A DNA stretch of 64,000 bases from Vicinamibacterales bacterium (lineage in GTDB: Bacteria > Acidobacteriota > Vicinamibacteria > Vicinamibacterales > UBA8438), in assembly GCA_965263055.1 (NCBI GenBank), contig OZ253581.1:204337-268336 (forward strand), read 5' to 3'. Numbering within the stretch: the first letter of the stretch is position 1; each line of letters opens with the position of its first letter. The position numbers and the translations under genes are program-made. This document shows, in pieces, positions 51,640 through 62,133 of the stretch. A model generated the notes under the pieces. That model had not been told where the DNA came from. It ran no database searches and was given only the letters and a program-made list of their open reading frames with translations.

Positions 51640-52410
51640 GGCGGTCCCGACACGACCCACGGGCCGCCTTGGCCACGGAAGCCGCCGGCCAGGGTGCAGG
51701 AAGGCGAACGCCGCACTCAAGGTAGGTCGTCTCGAACTCGAAGCGCTTGCGGGGCCGCGGCTGCGGGTGGCATGGACGCTGATCGCGCCCTGGCGCCGGA
51801 TGTCCCGCAGGACGTCCTCCGGCGACTGGTCGGCGCTGATGAACCGGTCGATGCCCAGCGCTATGATGTGGGCGTTCTTGCGCGCCCGCGAGTGGTTCTT
51901 CGTAACCTCGGCGCCGGGAATCACCAGCAGCTCGTACTCCCGCCACGCCCGCTCCGCCTCCTCACGAATCGCGTCGAGATAGGCCGGGAAAGTCTTTTCG
52001 GTGACGGAGAAGGTGCGCCGGCCGAGCGTCGCCAGCCGTCCGGCGCGCCCCAGCCAGCCCTTCTCGCGGAGGATGTGGTCGGTGATGGCAATCACGTCGA
52101 AGTCGCCGGTCCGGCCGTACAGATCGACCAACTCGCGCAGGGACAGCGCCCCGTCGCTCCAGGTCGTGTGCATGTGGAAGTCACAGTTGTTTGGCGCCTG
52201 GCAGTCCGCGTCGAGAAAGGCGAGCAGCTCGCCGCCGGCGTGCCGTCCGTGCTCGCGTTGTTGACGACGACGATCTCGTCGGGGGGTCACGTCTGGCGCG
52301 CCAGCGAAGCCAGGCACGCCTGCAGGAACCGCTCTTCGTTGTGGGCGCAGACGATCACGCTGATCGTCAGCGACACGCCGCCGCCCTTCCAACCGTGCCA
52401 CCGTCCATAG
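51640..52410 (-). pseudogene. Chimera: GT2 glycosyltransferase fragment fused to PHP-domain fragment
   Basis: ISVIVCAHNEERFL..VVNNASTDGT and LAFLDADC (GT2), then CDFHMHTTWSDG..IAITDH..PGAEVT (PHP); internal stop and deletions. Confidence 0.7.
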
Positions 52411-52621
52411 CGTTGGGGGCGGGCTGCATCCTATGTGAGGATGCCGCAAGTATGTGACGAATGTGTGTCGGCGACGGAACCGCCCGGTTAATTCACGTCA
52501 GCTTCACGCAACGGTGACATGGACGACACGAGCGGCGCGTACAGCAGCCGGGTCGTGCTCACGACGGTCATCGACTCGCTGTCCCTCTTCGGTCACGAGC
52601 AGGTCGGAACGGGGAGAAGAG

Positions 52622-52708
52622 TGCCGAGGGTGGGGATTGAACCCACACGGCCCCTGAGGGCCACAGGATTTTAAGTCCCGTGCGTCTGCCTGATTCCGCC
52701 ACCTCGGC
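52622..52708 (-). tRNA. tRNA-Leu(TAA)
   Basis: GCCGAGG acceptor stem; anticodon loop CT-TAA-AA; long variable arm; GGTTCAATCC; CCA not encoded. Confidence 0.95.
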
Positions 52709-52719
52709 ACATGACTCGG

Positions 52720-53073
52720 TCAGTGCGTCTGCACGCTTCCCTGCGCGTTGGCGAGAACGCGGCTGATGGTCGCCGTCAGCGTCTCCGCGTCCGCATCAAA
52801 GGGGCCTGCCACAACCGCGCCGCTCTGGATCTCGATGAAGATCGCGACGCCGCCCTCTACCTCGTTGACGATCCAACTGAAGCCATGCAGCCTGACCGGA
52901 CGCTCCTCTGCCCCATCCGGCTGCTGCACCGCGTCAAACGCGCCGAGCGTCAGTTCCAGGACGCGGCGGACGTCGTCGTCCGCCCAGGCGAGCGGCTCCG
53001 GGCCGCCTAACTCCACATGGCGCTCGACCACGTCGTCCCTCCCCTTCAGAAGCACTTCCACCATGAACGTCAT
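52720..53073 (-). CDS. Conserved hypothetical protein
   Basis: 117 aa, natural composition, overlaps the yyaL stop (ATGA). Confidence 0.7.
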   Translation of the reverse strand: MTFMVEVLLKGRDDVVERHVELGGPEPLAWADDDVRRVLELTLGAFDAVQQPDGAEERPVRLHGFSWIVNEVEGGVAIFIEIQSGAVVAGPFDADAETLTATISRVLANAQGSVQTH

Positions 53074-55259
53074 CGGTCTGCCACCCCGCTGATCTCCTTT
53101 CCGGCTGACGCCAGTTGCGCCTCGAGCCGGGCCGGCTCCGTCACCGGCTCGCGGCAGGCGAAGTCGGCGCAGACGTAGGCGGTCGGCTTCCCGTCGACCT
53201 GCCGCATCGCGCCGATGAACGGCACGCGCTCCGCCAGACGCGCCTGGGCCTCGCCTGGCGTCACGACGAGGCGGGCGGCGAACGGCAGGTAGTGCGCGGC
53301 AGCCACCCGTTCGAGCGCCCGCGTCCTGGAGTCGCCGCGGTCGCCCAGGATGACGACCTGCGAGACGCCGCCGGCCGGCGCGTGGTGGCAGGCCAGCGCC
53401 GCCATCATCATCGGCGACGACCGGGCCGACTGCCCGAAGCGCCCGCCGAAGCGCGCGAGCACGTCGGCCGCGCGCGTGGCCGCGCCGCCGTCGCCCGTAA
53501 GGTGCGCCAGCGTCACCAGGTTGCCCACCGCGACCGATCCGGCGGACGGCTCCGCGCCGTCATACTCTTCCTTGACGCGGAGCAGGACCGACGAGTCCTC
53601 GCCGGTCGTCGCGAACCAGCCGCCGTTCGCGTCGTCGCGAAAGAGGTCGTCCTGACGCTTCTGCAACTCGAGTGCCCAGTCGAGCCAGGCGGCGTCGCCC
53701 GTCGCCTGCACCAGCTCCAGCAGGCCCCAGATGACGCACGCGTAGTCCTCCGCGTAGCCGTCGATCGACGCCTGCTCGTCCGTCGTCTGACTCGCATGCC
53801 AGCGGCGCGCGAGCACACCGCGCCTGGCGTTCCACAACCGGTCGCGAACAAACGCCGCCGCGCGGACCGCCGCCTGCAGGCTGCGCTCGGCGGACTCGCC
53901 GTCAAGCACCTGGGAGGCGCGCGCCAGCGCTGCGATCATCATGCCGTTCCAGGCGGCAAGCACCTTGTCGTCCAGATGCGGACGCGGGCGCTCGGACCGG
54001 ACGTCGAACAGCCGCTGCCGTCCCGTCTCGATGGCGCGCTCCACATCCTCCGGCGCGCGGCCGGTCAGCTGGGCGATCTGCGGGATGTCCTGCTGCAGGT
54101 ACGGGATGTTCTTTCCGCGGAACTCCCCCAGCGGATCCTGGGGCGCATTGCCGTTCGGCTCGATGCCCAGGCGGCGTTCGATCAGTTCGGCGTCGTCTCC
54201 AAGCAGGGCGTTGATCTCCGAGAGCGTCCAGAGGTAGAACGCACCTTCCGCCTTCGTGGCTCGCGCGCCCGTCTCGACGGTCTCGGGGGGCACGCTGTCG
54301 GCATCCTCCGCCGAGTAGAAGCCCCCTTCCGGGTGTGTCAGGTCACGCAGGACGTAATCGATCGTGTCTGCCGCCTCCGCGAGCAGCGCCGGCGCCCCGC
54401 TCGCCTGACCTGCCTCCAGGTAGGCCAGCACGAGCTGGGCCTGGTCGTACAGCATCTTCTCAAAGTGCGGCACGCGCCACGCGGCATCTACGGAGTAGCG
54501 ATGGAATCCCCCGCCTATGTGATCGCGAATGCCCCCCCGCGCCATTGCTTCGAGGGTGGCGACGGCGATCCGCCGCGCGTTCGGGTCGCCCGAGCGGGCC
54601 GATTCGCGCAGGAGGAATAGCAGCTCGGCCGGCCGCGGAAACTTCGGGGCGCCGCCGAAGCCCCCATGCGTCGCATCGAATGTCGAGAGGAATTGACTGG
54701 CACCCGCCTGGAGCGCGCTGACGCCCGGCGTCTGCGCCGGCGCCGCGGCCTCCGGGACCTGCAGCGCGCGCAGCCGCTCGAGGATGGTGTCGGCCGACCG
54801 TTCCAGTTCCGCGCGGCTCGATGACCAGCGCGACGCTACCTCGCGCAGCACGTCGGCGAAACCCGCGCGTCCCCAGCGCGAGTCAGGCGGGAAGTAGGTT
54901 CCGCCGAAGAATGGCTTGAGATCGGGCGTCAGCCACACGCTCATCGGCCAGCCGCCCGAGCCGGTGGTCGCCTGCACGAACGCCATGTAGACCCGGTCGA
55001 CGTCGGGGCGTTCTTCGCGATCCACCTTCACCGGGACGAACTGCTCGTTCAGCAGCGCGGCAATGCCGCCATGCTCGAACGATTCGTGCTCCATCACGTG
55101 GCACCAGTGGCAGGTGGAGTAGCCGATGGAAAGGAAGATCGGCTTGCTCTCCGCCCGGGCGCGGGCGAACGCCTCGTCGCCCCAGGGGTACCAATCGACC
55201 GGATTGTGGGCGTGCTGCTGCAGGTACGGACTGGGCTCCGCGGCCAGACGGTTCGGCAT
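53070..55259 (-). CDS. Thioredoxin-domain protein YyaL/Ssp411 (DUF255)
   Basis: [50 protein letters not shown]. Confidence 0.95.
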   Translation of the reverse strand: MPNRLAAEPSPYLQQHAHNPVDWYPWGDEAFARARAESKPIFLSIGYSTCHWCHVMEHESFEHGGIAALLNEQFVPVKVDREERPDVDRVYMAFVQATTGSGGWPMSVWLTPDLKPFFGGTYFPPDSRWGRAGFADVLREVASRWSSSRAELERSADTILERLRALQVPEAAAPAQTPGVSALQAGASQFLSTFDATHGGFGGAPKFPRPAELLFLLRESARSGDPNARRIAVATLEAMARGGIRDHIGGGFHRYSVDAAWRVPHFEKMLYDQAQLVLAYLEAGQASGAPALLAEAADTIDYVLRDLTHPEGGFYSAEDADSVPPETVETGARATKAEGAFYLWTLSEINALLGDDAELIERRLGIEPNGNAPQDPLGEFRGKNIPYLQQDIPQIAQLTGRAPEDVERAIETGRQRLFDVRSERPRPHLDDKVLAAWNGMMIAALARASQVLDGESAERSLQAAVRAAAFVRDRLWNARRGVLARRWHASQTTDEQASIDGYAEDYACVIWGLLELVQATGDAAWLDWALELQKRQDDLFRDDANGGWFATTGEDSSVLLRVKEEYDGAEPSAGSVAVGNLVTLAHLTGDGGAATRAADVLARFGGRFGQSARSSPMMMAALACHHAPAGGVSQVVILGDRGDSRTRALERVAAAHYLPFAARLVVTPGEAQARLAERVPFIGAMRQVDGKPTAYVCADFACREPVTEPARLEAQLASAGKEISGVADR

Positions 55260-55320
55260 CGCGTAATGGAGGTGGCTCGTGCACCGGGTGACTCGCCATT
55301 ATAAGGTGCGCGCTCCCAAG

Positions 55321-56145
55321 CTACCGCCGCCAGGCCTGGTACGAGCCGAGCGCGCGAAGCGAACGCGCGAACTCCGCCAGATGCATCAGCGCGCGCGCGC
55401 ACGCCATGTCCTCCCGGTTGGCGGCGACGTCCGCGTAAAAGAGGTACTCGAACGGGCGGTCCGGGATCGGGCGTGACTCCAGCTTCAGCAGCGCGATGTC
55501 GCGTAGCGCGAAGACACTGAGCGCCTTGAACAGTGCGCCCGGCACGTCCGCCACGGTGAAGACGATCGTGGTCTTGTCCGGCTCGCCGAGCGGCGTCGGG
55601 TCGCGGCTGATGATCAGGAAGCGGGTCGTATTCCCCGCGTAGTCCTGCACGGCCCGTTCGAGGATCTTCAGTCCGAACAGCTCCGCCGCCCGCTCGGAGG
55701 CGATCGCCGCGGTGTCGGCCAGCCCCTGCTCCTGGATCATCTTGGCGCTGCCCGCGGTGTCGTAGGTCGCCACGATCTCGACGTCATCGAGCGTCCGGAG
55801 AAAACGCTCGCACTGCGCCAGCCCCTGCGGGTGCGAATAGACTCGCCGGATGTCCCGGAGCCCGGTCCCTTCGCGCACCAGCAGGTTGTGGACGATCGGG
55901 TGCTTCACCTCCGCGACAATCGTCAGCTCGTGCTCCAGCAGCAGGTCGTAGGTCTGGTGGATGCTGCCCCCGATCGTGTTCTCGATCGGCACGATGCCGT
56001 GGGTCACCTCCCCCGCCTCGACCGCCCTGAAGACATCCCCGAACTTCGGAAGCGGCAGCGTGTCCGTGTTCGGGTTGAACCGCAGCGCCGCCGCCTCGCT
56101 GTAGGCGCCCGGCTCTCCCTGGTAGGCAATGCGCACCGTCGTCAC
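55321..56145 (-). CDS. pheA: Prephenate dehydratase
   Basis: IAYQGEPGAYSE, PIEN, SHPQGLAQC, NTTRF, ACT domain KLESRP. Confidence 0.93.
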   Translation of the reverse strand: MTTVRIAYQGEPGAYSEAAALRFNPNTDTLPLPKFGDVFRAVEAGEVTHGIVPIENTIGGSIHQTYDLLLEHELTIVAEVKHPIVHNLLVREGTGLRDIRRVYSHPQGLAQCERFLRTLDDVEIVATYDTAGSAKMIQEQGLADTAAIASERAAELFGLKILERAVQDYAGNTTRFLIISRDPTPLGEPDKTTIVFTVADVPGALFKALSVFALRDIALLKLESRPIPDRPFEYLFYADVAANREDMACARALMHLAEFARSLRALGSYQAWRR

Positions 56146-56171
56146 TCCTCCCGAGAAGAATACAGGAGCGA

Positions 56172-57053
56172 TCAGGTCGCGGACGGCGTGGCGCCATCGC
56201 CGGACACCTCCCGGATCCAGGCGTGCGTGAACTCGGCGCCGAACAGGAAGATCGCGGCCGACGTGTAGACCCAGAACAGAAACGTCACGACGGTCGTGAT
56301 CGATCCGGCCAGCGTCAGGTCCGAGAATGCACGGAGGTACCAGGAAAAGCCGACCAATCCCGCCTGCCAGAACAGCCCGGTCACAATCGCTCCCACCCAC
56401 ACCTCCCGCAGCCGGACGGTGGCATTGGGCACAAAGGCGAAGACGAACGCCGCGACCAGGATGACGGCCCCGAGCGGGAGGTATCGGCTCGGGATGGCGA
56501 GCAACGTGTCGAGCAGGGGCAGCTCGTCCGCCAGTTGCGTGCCGATCCGGCTGCCGCGCACGAGGTCACCCAGGCTGTGCCAGACGATGGAGAGCACGAA
56601 CAGCATCCCGACGACCGCGAAAAGCGCGAAGGCTGCCCCCTGGCGACGCAACAGGGAAGGGGGATTCTCGACATCCCAGACGCCGTTGATCGCGGTCGCT
56701 ATCGCGCGGAAGATCCCGGCTGCCACCCAGATGGCGACCACCACGCTCGCTACGCTCATCCCGACACTTGCCCCGGCGACCGCGTCGAGCTGCGTCTCCA
56801 CCAGGTCGATCCGGGCCGGAAGGAACTGCATCAGGAACCGGGCGACGGCCGCCCGCGCCGTTTCGTTCGCGGTCCAGAGGCCGAGCGCCGCGGCGGACAG
56901 AAGCAGCAGCGGGAAGAGGGAAATCAGCGCGTAGTAGGCGATGGACGAGGCGTACGTCAGGTCATCGCTTGAGACCAGGCGGACGGACGCGATGCGGAGG
57001 GCCCGTCCGAAGCAGCGGATCCCCCGCGCGACCCGCGTGCCGCTAAACGACAC
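56172..57053 (-). CDS. YihY/virulence factor BrkB family membrane protein
   Basis: ASSIAYYALISLFPLLL, FVPN, LFWVY..IFLFGAE. Confidence 0.9.
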   Translation of the reverse strand: MSFSGTRVARGIRCFGRALRIASVRLVSSDDLTYASSIAYYALISLFPLLLLSAAALGLWTANETARAAVARFLMQFLPARIDLVETQLDAVAGASVGMSVASVVVAIWVAAGIFRAIATAINGVWDVENPPSLLRRQGAAFALFAVVGMLFVLSIVWHSLGDLVRGSRIGTQLADELPLLDTLLAIPSRYLPLGAVILVAAFVFAFVPNATVRLREVWVGAIVTGLFWQAGLVGFSWYLRAFSDLTLAGSITTVVTFLFWVYTSAAIFLFGAEFTHAWIREVSGDGATPSAT

Positions 57054-57360
57054 CCGACGGGGGTCGGCCGTTCCCGGTGGTCTCCCCGGTCGACGCCGGC
57101 GCCTGCGTGCTCGCGGCGGCCATCATGTCGTCGAATGCGCGGCGTCCCTCCGCCACCGCGCTGCGCGCCTTCTCGACCGTGGCGCGAGCCCAGTCGATCT
57201 CATCGACAAAACCGTCGAGGGCCGGCTCAATCTGGTCCCTCACGTCCCGGCCGCGCCGCGTCAGGTACAGGAAGCCGACCAGGCCGCCGGCCACGGCACC
57301 GAGCACGAGCGAGAAAAGTACCCGCGATCGTTCGTCCACGTCTGCCTCCCCTGTCTTCAT
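57043..57360 (-). CDS. YtxH-like protein
   Basis: LGAVAGGLVGFLY..GRDVR followed by a helical tail. Confidence 0.65.
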   Translation of the reverse strand: MKTGEADVDERSRVLFSLVLGAVAGGLVGFLYLTRRGRDVRDQIEPALDGFVDEIDWARATVEKARSAVAEGRRAFDDMMAAASTQAPASTGETTGNGRPPSGVV

Positions 57361-57402
57361 GATACCTGCTGCCGTACGGTCGCGGGGACCGGGGCGCGGG
57401 CG

Positions 57403-57942
57403 TCAGAACCGAAAGGACAATCCAACCGAAGTCTTCCAGAAGCGCAACTCGCTGAGCTCGAAGTCGCGCAGACCGCCGCCGGCAGCGACGCCGCGGACAT
57501 ACCGAATGTCGAACCGCGCGCCGATCGGACCGATGAAGCCCATCACGCCGCCTCCGGCGTCGAACGCGATGCCGTCAGTCCGCAGATCCGACGCCTCGGC
57601 CCGCAACCACCCGAGGCCGCCCGCGACGTACGGCCGTCCCGGCCCGAGCGGCAGGCCGAACATCAGGTTCCCGAAGACCGTCGTGATTCGCCCCCGGCCG
57701 GCGAACACGCCGGTGTCGGGCGCATCGGCGATCCGCGCGTAGTCGGTTTCGAAGCCGATGATGCCGCCCGCCATCGAGGCGACCGAGACCCCGAGCGTCT
57801 CCGCCTGGACCGAGTCGTTCGGTCCGAACGACCGTCCGACGTACGGCGTGAAGATGGTATCGGCCAAGGCGGGCGCCGACGGAACCAGCGTCCCCACCAA
57901 CAGGACGACAGTCCCCACGGCGAACGGGGTGCAACGGCGCAC
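57403..57942 (-). CDS. Outer-membrane beta-barrel (porin-like) protein
   Basis: Signal peptide, RPYVAGGLG, GARFDIRY, C-terminal FRF. Confidence 0.8.
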   Translation of the reverse strand: MRRCTPFAVGTVVLLVGTLVPSAPALADTIFTPYVGRSFGPNDSVQAETLGVSVASMAGGIIGFETDYARIADAPDTGVFAGRGRITTVFGNLMFGLPLGPGRPYVAGGLGWLRAEASDLRTDGIAFDAGGGVMGFIGPIGARFDIRYVRGVAAGGGLRDFELSELRFWKTSVGLSFRF

Positions 57943-58019
57943 ACGCAGAGCCTACCGCAAGTCAGAGTTGGGTGTCGGTGACCGGCGGGTAGAGGCGATA
58001 CGGCGGCTATAATCGAAGC

Positions 58020-58241
58020 GTGCCGGGTCCGCCGAAGCTCGCCCCGCCTTCCACCCCGGCAACACCCGCCGCTACCCGGTCGCTTCCCGGCCGCCTGACG
58101 ACGCCCGTCCGTTCCGCCGCGAGCCCCGCGCCGAACCATGACGCGGTCATCTGCGAGCGGTGCGGGGCCGAGATGTTCAGGATGCACGCGGTCTGGCGCT
58201 GCCCCAACTGCCGGTACAAGACCGACTGCTGCGGTTGGTGA
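58020..58241 (+). CDS. Small zinc-ribbon protein
   Basis: [19 protein letters not shown]; stop overlaps the next ATG. Confidence 0.6.
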   Translation: MPGPPKLAPPSTPATPAATRSLPGRLTTPVRSAASPAPNHDAVICERCGAEMFRMHAVWRCPNCRYKTDCCGW

Positions 58242-59860
58242 TGGACCGGCTCCGATCCTCCGTCCGGACCGATTCGGTCGACTACCGCGCGAACCATGCG
58301 GCGATGTCGACGCTGGTGCGCGAGCTGGAAGAGCGTCGTGCCGCCGCGCGGGCGGGAGGCGGCGCGGAAGCGGCGGCGCGCCGGCGCGCACAGGGCAAGC
58401 TGACGGCGCGTGAGCGGATTGACCGGCTGCTCGACGACGCCTCGCCCTTCCTGGAGCTTGCGCCGCTCGCCGCCGGCGGGATGTACGACGGCGCTGCCCC
58501 GGGCGCGGGGCTCGTCACCGGCATCGGGCAGGTCTCCGGACACCAGGTGCTCGTCATCGCGAACGATGCGACGGTCAAGGGAGGCACCTATTTCCCGGTG
58601 ACGGTCCGGAAGCACCTGCGGGCGCAGCAGGTGGCGGCGGAGAACCGGCTCCCGTGCGTCTACCTGGTCGACTCGGGGGGCGCCTACCTCCCGCTGCAGG
58701 CGGAGGTGTTTCCCGACCGGGAGCACTTCGGCCGGATCTTCTACAACCAGGCCCGGATGTCGGCGGACGGGATCCCCCAGATCGCGGTGGTGATGGGGTC
58801 ATGCACGGCAGGGGGCGCGTACGTCCCGGCCATGTCGGATCAGACGATCATCGTGCGGAACGCGGGAACGATCTTCCTGGGCGGCCCGCCCCTGGTGAAG
58901 GCGGCGACCGGCGAGGAGGTGACCGCGGAAGAACTGGGCGGCGCCGATGTCCATACGCGGATCTCCGGCGTCGCCGACTACCTCGCGGAGGACGACGACC
59001 ATGCCTTGCGGCTGGCCCGCACCGTGGTTTCGACGCTGCCGGACGGACCGGGGGACAGTCCATCGGGGGGCGTGGCCGACGCGGCGGTGGAGGATCCCGC
59101 CTTCGATCCCGAGGAGTTGCTCGGCGTCACGCCTCCCGACGCCCGGACCGCATACGACGTCCGGGAGGTCATTGCGCGCCTGGTCGACGGTTCCCGCTTC
59201 GACGAGTTCAAGGCGCGCTACGGTCCGACGCTGGTGACCGGCTACGCGCGCATCCACGGCCAGCTTGCGGGGATTGTGGCGAACAACGGCGTGCTCTTCT
59301 CGGAATCGGCGCTCAAGGCGTCGCATTTCATTCAGCTCTGCAACCGGCGCGGCACCCCGCTCGTCTTCCTGCAGAACATCACCGGGTTCATCGTCGGCCG
59401 CGACTACGAGCAGCGCGGCATCGCCAAGGATGGCGCGAAGATGGTGAACGCCGTGGCGAACAGTATCGTGCCGAAAGTGACGGTGATCATCGGCGGCTCG
59501 TTCGGCGCTGGCAACTACGGGATGTGCGGCCGCGCCTACGATCCGCGCTTCCTCTGGAGCTGGCCGAACGCGCGGATCTCGGTGATGGGGGGCGAGCAAG
59601 CGGCCAACGTCCTCGCGACGGTCGCGGCCGACCGTGCCAGGCGCGACGCGCGCGAGCTGGACGAGGCGGCACTCGAGGCGATCCGCGCGCCCATCCTGGC
59701 CAAGTACGCCGAGGAGAGCTCGCCCTACTACGCGACCGCGAGACTCTGGGACGATGGCATCCTCACGCCGCTGGAAACGCGGGCCGCGCTCGCGCTCGGT
59801 CTCGCCGTCGCGCGCCGGGCACCGGGCGGACCGCCCGCCTACGGCATTTTCCGGATGTAG
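58241..59860 (+). CDS. liuB: 3-methylcrotonyl-CoA carboxylase, carboxyltransferase subunit
   Basis: [57 protein letters not shown]. Confidence 0.88.
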   Translation: MDRLRSSVRTDSVDYRANHAAMSTLVRELEERRAAARAGGGAEAAARRRAQGKLTARERIDRLLDDASPFLELAPLAAGGMYDGAAPGAGLVTGIGQVSGHQVLVIANDATVKGGTYFPVTVRKHLRAQQVAAENRLPCVYLVDSGGAYLPLQAEVFPDREHFGRIFYNQARMSADGIPQIAVVMGSCTAGGAYVPAMSDQTIIVRNAGTIFLGGPPLVKAATGEEVTAEELGGADVHTRISGVADYLAEDDDHALRLARTVVSTLPDGPGDSPSGGVADAAVEDPAFDPEELLGVTPPDARTAYDVREVIARLVDGSRFDEFKARYGPTLVTGYARIHGQLAGIVANNGVLFSESALKASHFIQLCNRRGTPLVFLQNITGFIVGRDYEQRGIAKDGAKMVNAVANSIVPKVTVIIGGSFGAGNYGMCGRAYDPRFLWSWPNARISVMGGEQAANVLATVAADRARRDARELDEAALEAIRAPILAKYAEESSPYYATARLWDDGILTPLETRAALALGLAVARRAPGGPPAYGIFRM

Positions 59861-61705
59861 GTGATGCTCCGACGTGTCCTCATCGCCAACCGCGGCGAGA
59901 TCGCCGTCCGCATCATCCGCACGTGCCGCGCCCTCGGCATCGAGACGGTGGCGGTCTGTTCGGACGCCGACCGAACGGCCCGGCACGCCGCCGCGGCCGA
60001 CCGGACGGTGACGATCGGCCCAGCGCCCGCCAGCGCCAGCTATCTGTCGGTCGAGCGGATCATCGACGCGGCGCGCGCAAGCGGCGCCGACGCCATCCAT
60101 CCCGGCTACGGGTTCCTCTCCGAACGTCCGGAGCTGGCGAGCGCGTGTAGGGACGCTGGACTCGTCTGGATCGGTCCGCCGGCGGACGTGATAGCACGGT
60201 TCGGCTCGAAGATCGCGGCCCGGCGCGCGGCAGCCGAGGCGGGTGCGCCGGTCGTGCCGGGAAGCGCGCCGGACGATCAGACGCCGGCCGGAATCGCCGC
60301 GGCGGCGCGCGCGGTCGGTGTCCCGGTGCTGCTGAAACCGTCCGCCGGCGGCGGCGGCAAGGGGATGGTGGCGGTTCATGCCGACGACCAGCTCGACGAG
60401 GCGATCGCGCGGGCGCGGCGGGAAGCGGTCGCCACCACCGGCGACGGGACGCTCTACGTCGAGCGGCTGCTCGAGCGGCCGCGGCACGTCGAAGTCCAGA
60501 TCGTTGCGGATCGCCGGGGCCAGGTGCTGGCCCTGGGCGAACGGGACTGCTCGCTGCAACGCCGGCACCAAAAAGTGATCGAGGAGTCGCCGGCGCCCGG
60601 CCTGCCGGAAGGGCTGCGCCAGCGCCTCGCGGCGGTTGCGGTGGACCTGGCGCGTCATGCGCGGTACGAGAACGCCGGCACCGTCGAGTTCCTGCTGGAG
60701 ACTGACCGTGACGGCAGCGCGGCCGATTCCTTCTACTTCCTCGAGATGAATACGCGCCTGCAAGTGGAGCATCCGGTGACGGAGGTGGTGGCCGGCGTCG
60801 ACCTGGTGGCAGCGCAGCTCGCCATCGCGGCGGGCGATGTGCTGCCGTGGTCGGCCGGCGACGCGGTGTCGCGCGGCCACGCGATGGAATGTCGCATCTA
60901 CGCGGAAGATCCCGCGCGCGAGTTCCTGCCGCAGGCGGGACGGATCGACCGGTACACGGAGCCGTCCGGACCCGGTATCCGAGTCGACTCGGGCGTCGGT
61001 CCCGGAAGCGACGTGCCGGTGCACTACGACCCGTTGCTCGCCAAGCTGATCGCCTCCGGACGGACGCGGGACGAGGCGCGGCGCCGGGCGCAGGCAGCAC
61101 TCGCGGAGTTCGTGCTGACCGGGATCACGACGAACATTCCGTTCCTCCGCGCGGTAACGGCGCACGAGGCGTTCATGGCGGGAAGGGTCCAGACCGGCTT
61201 CCTCGAGGATCACGCCGCGGCGTTGGCGGATGCGACGGCGGAGCTGACCGGGGAGGAGGAGCTGGCCGGGGGGACGAAGGCGACCGGACCGACCGGAGAG
61301 GCGCCTGCCCAACCGCGCGCCGGCGGAGACGTCTGGAGCCAGCTCGCCGGGTGGCGCATTGGGCGCGGTAGCACCGATCCTGGCGTCGGGGCCAGATGGA
61401 TCGGCCCGACCCACGCGGAAGCGCCAATCCGGGCGTCCGACGATCCGATGCCGCGGCCGGACGCCGATGCGCTTTGTGCGCCGATGCCAGCGACGGTGAC
61501 GGCCGTCGCCGTCGAACCGGGCGCTACCGTCGCGGCCGGCGACACGCTGATCCGGCTGGAAGCGATGAAGATGGAACTGGCCATCCGCGCCCCTGCCGAC
61601 GGGCGAGTCGCGGACATCCATTGCGCGGTCGGAGACCTGGTGCAGCCGGGGCGCCCGCTCGTGACGCTGGACCAGGGAGCCGGCGTGGACGCCGGCGCAC
61701 CATGA
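59861..61705 (+). CDS. liuD: Acyl-CoA carboxylase biotin carboxylase/BCCP subunit
   Basis: LIANRGEIA, HPGYGFLSE, GGGGKGM, RDCSLQRRHQK, EMNTRLQVEH, EAMKM. Confidence 0.85.
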   Translation: MMLRRVLIANRGEIAVRIIRTCRALGIETVAVCSDADRTARHAAAADRTVTIGPAPASASYLSVERIIDAARASGADAIHPGYGFLSERPELASACRDAGLVWIGPPADVIARFGSKIAARRAAAEAGAPVVPGSAPDDQTPAGIAAAARAVGVPVLLKPSAGGGGKGMVAVHADDQLDEAIARARREAVATTGDGTLYVERLLERPRHVEVQIVADRRGQVLALGERDCSLQRRHQKVIEESPAPGLPEGLRQRLAAVAVDLARHARYENAGTVEFLLETDRDGSAADSFYFLEMNTRLQVEHPVTEVVAGVDLVAAQLAIAAGDVLPWSAGDAVSRGHAMECRIYAEDPAREFLPQAGRIDRYTEPSGPGIRVDSGVGPGSDVPVHYDPLLAKLIASGRTRDEARRRAQAALAEFVLTGITTNIPFLRAVTAHEAFMAGRVQTGFLEDHAAALADATAELTGEEELAGGTKATGPTGEAPAQPRAGGDVWSQLAGWRIGRGSTDPGVGARWIGPTHAEAPIRASDDPMPRPDADALCAPMPATVTAVAVEPGATVAAGDTLIRLEAMKMELAIRAPADGRVADIHCAVGDLVQPGRPLVTLDQGAGVDAGAP

Positions 61706-61758
61706 TGTGAGGGCGTGGCCGCCAACGCACCGACTCGATCTGATAAAATGGCGTCGTC

Positions 61759-62115
61759 ATGTGGACCAAGCTGATGAACCGGCCTCGCAAGAGGCCACCC
61801 AAGAAGATTGCCATCATCGACCCCGAGCGGTGCTTCGGAGCATTCGCCTGCTCCATCTGCCAGGCGGCTTGCCCGGTGGAGGACTGCATCATCGAGGTGC
61901 CCGACGCCTACGGCCGGATGGTCTGCGACGTGCGCATCGACAAGTGCATCGGGTGCGGCCTCTGCGTCGCCGTCGGCAACCCGACCGCGCCGCAGCCGCG
62001 CGCCTTCGGCTGCCCTCCCGACTACGACGCGATCGACATGGAGGCCTACGAAGAAGTCGTCCCGCCGGAAGCCGACCCGCCCGCGGCAGGTTCCTCAGGC
62101 GACGCAACCGCCTAG
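61759..62115 (+). CDS. 4Fe-4S dicluster ferredoxin
   Basis: CFGAFACSICQAACP and CIGCGLC..GCP. Confidence 0.8.
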   Translation: MWTKLMNRPRKRPPKKIAIIDPERCFGAFACSICQAACPVEDCIIEVPDAYGRMVCDVRIDKCIGCGLCVAVGNPTAPQPRAFGCPPDYDAIDMEAYEEVVPPEADPPAAGSSGDATA

Positions 62116-62133
62116 ACGGGAGTTCAGTCCGGT

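Noticed and set aside
52622-52650. tRNA-Leu 3' end as the att site of the whole accessory region
   Set aside because: No duplicated tRNA-Leu 3' fragment was spotted and no integrase is adjacent; it cannot be excluded beyond the window.
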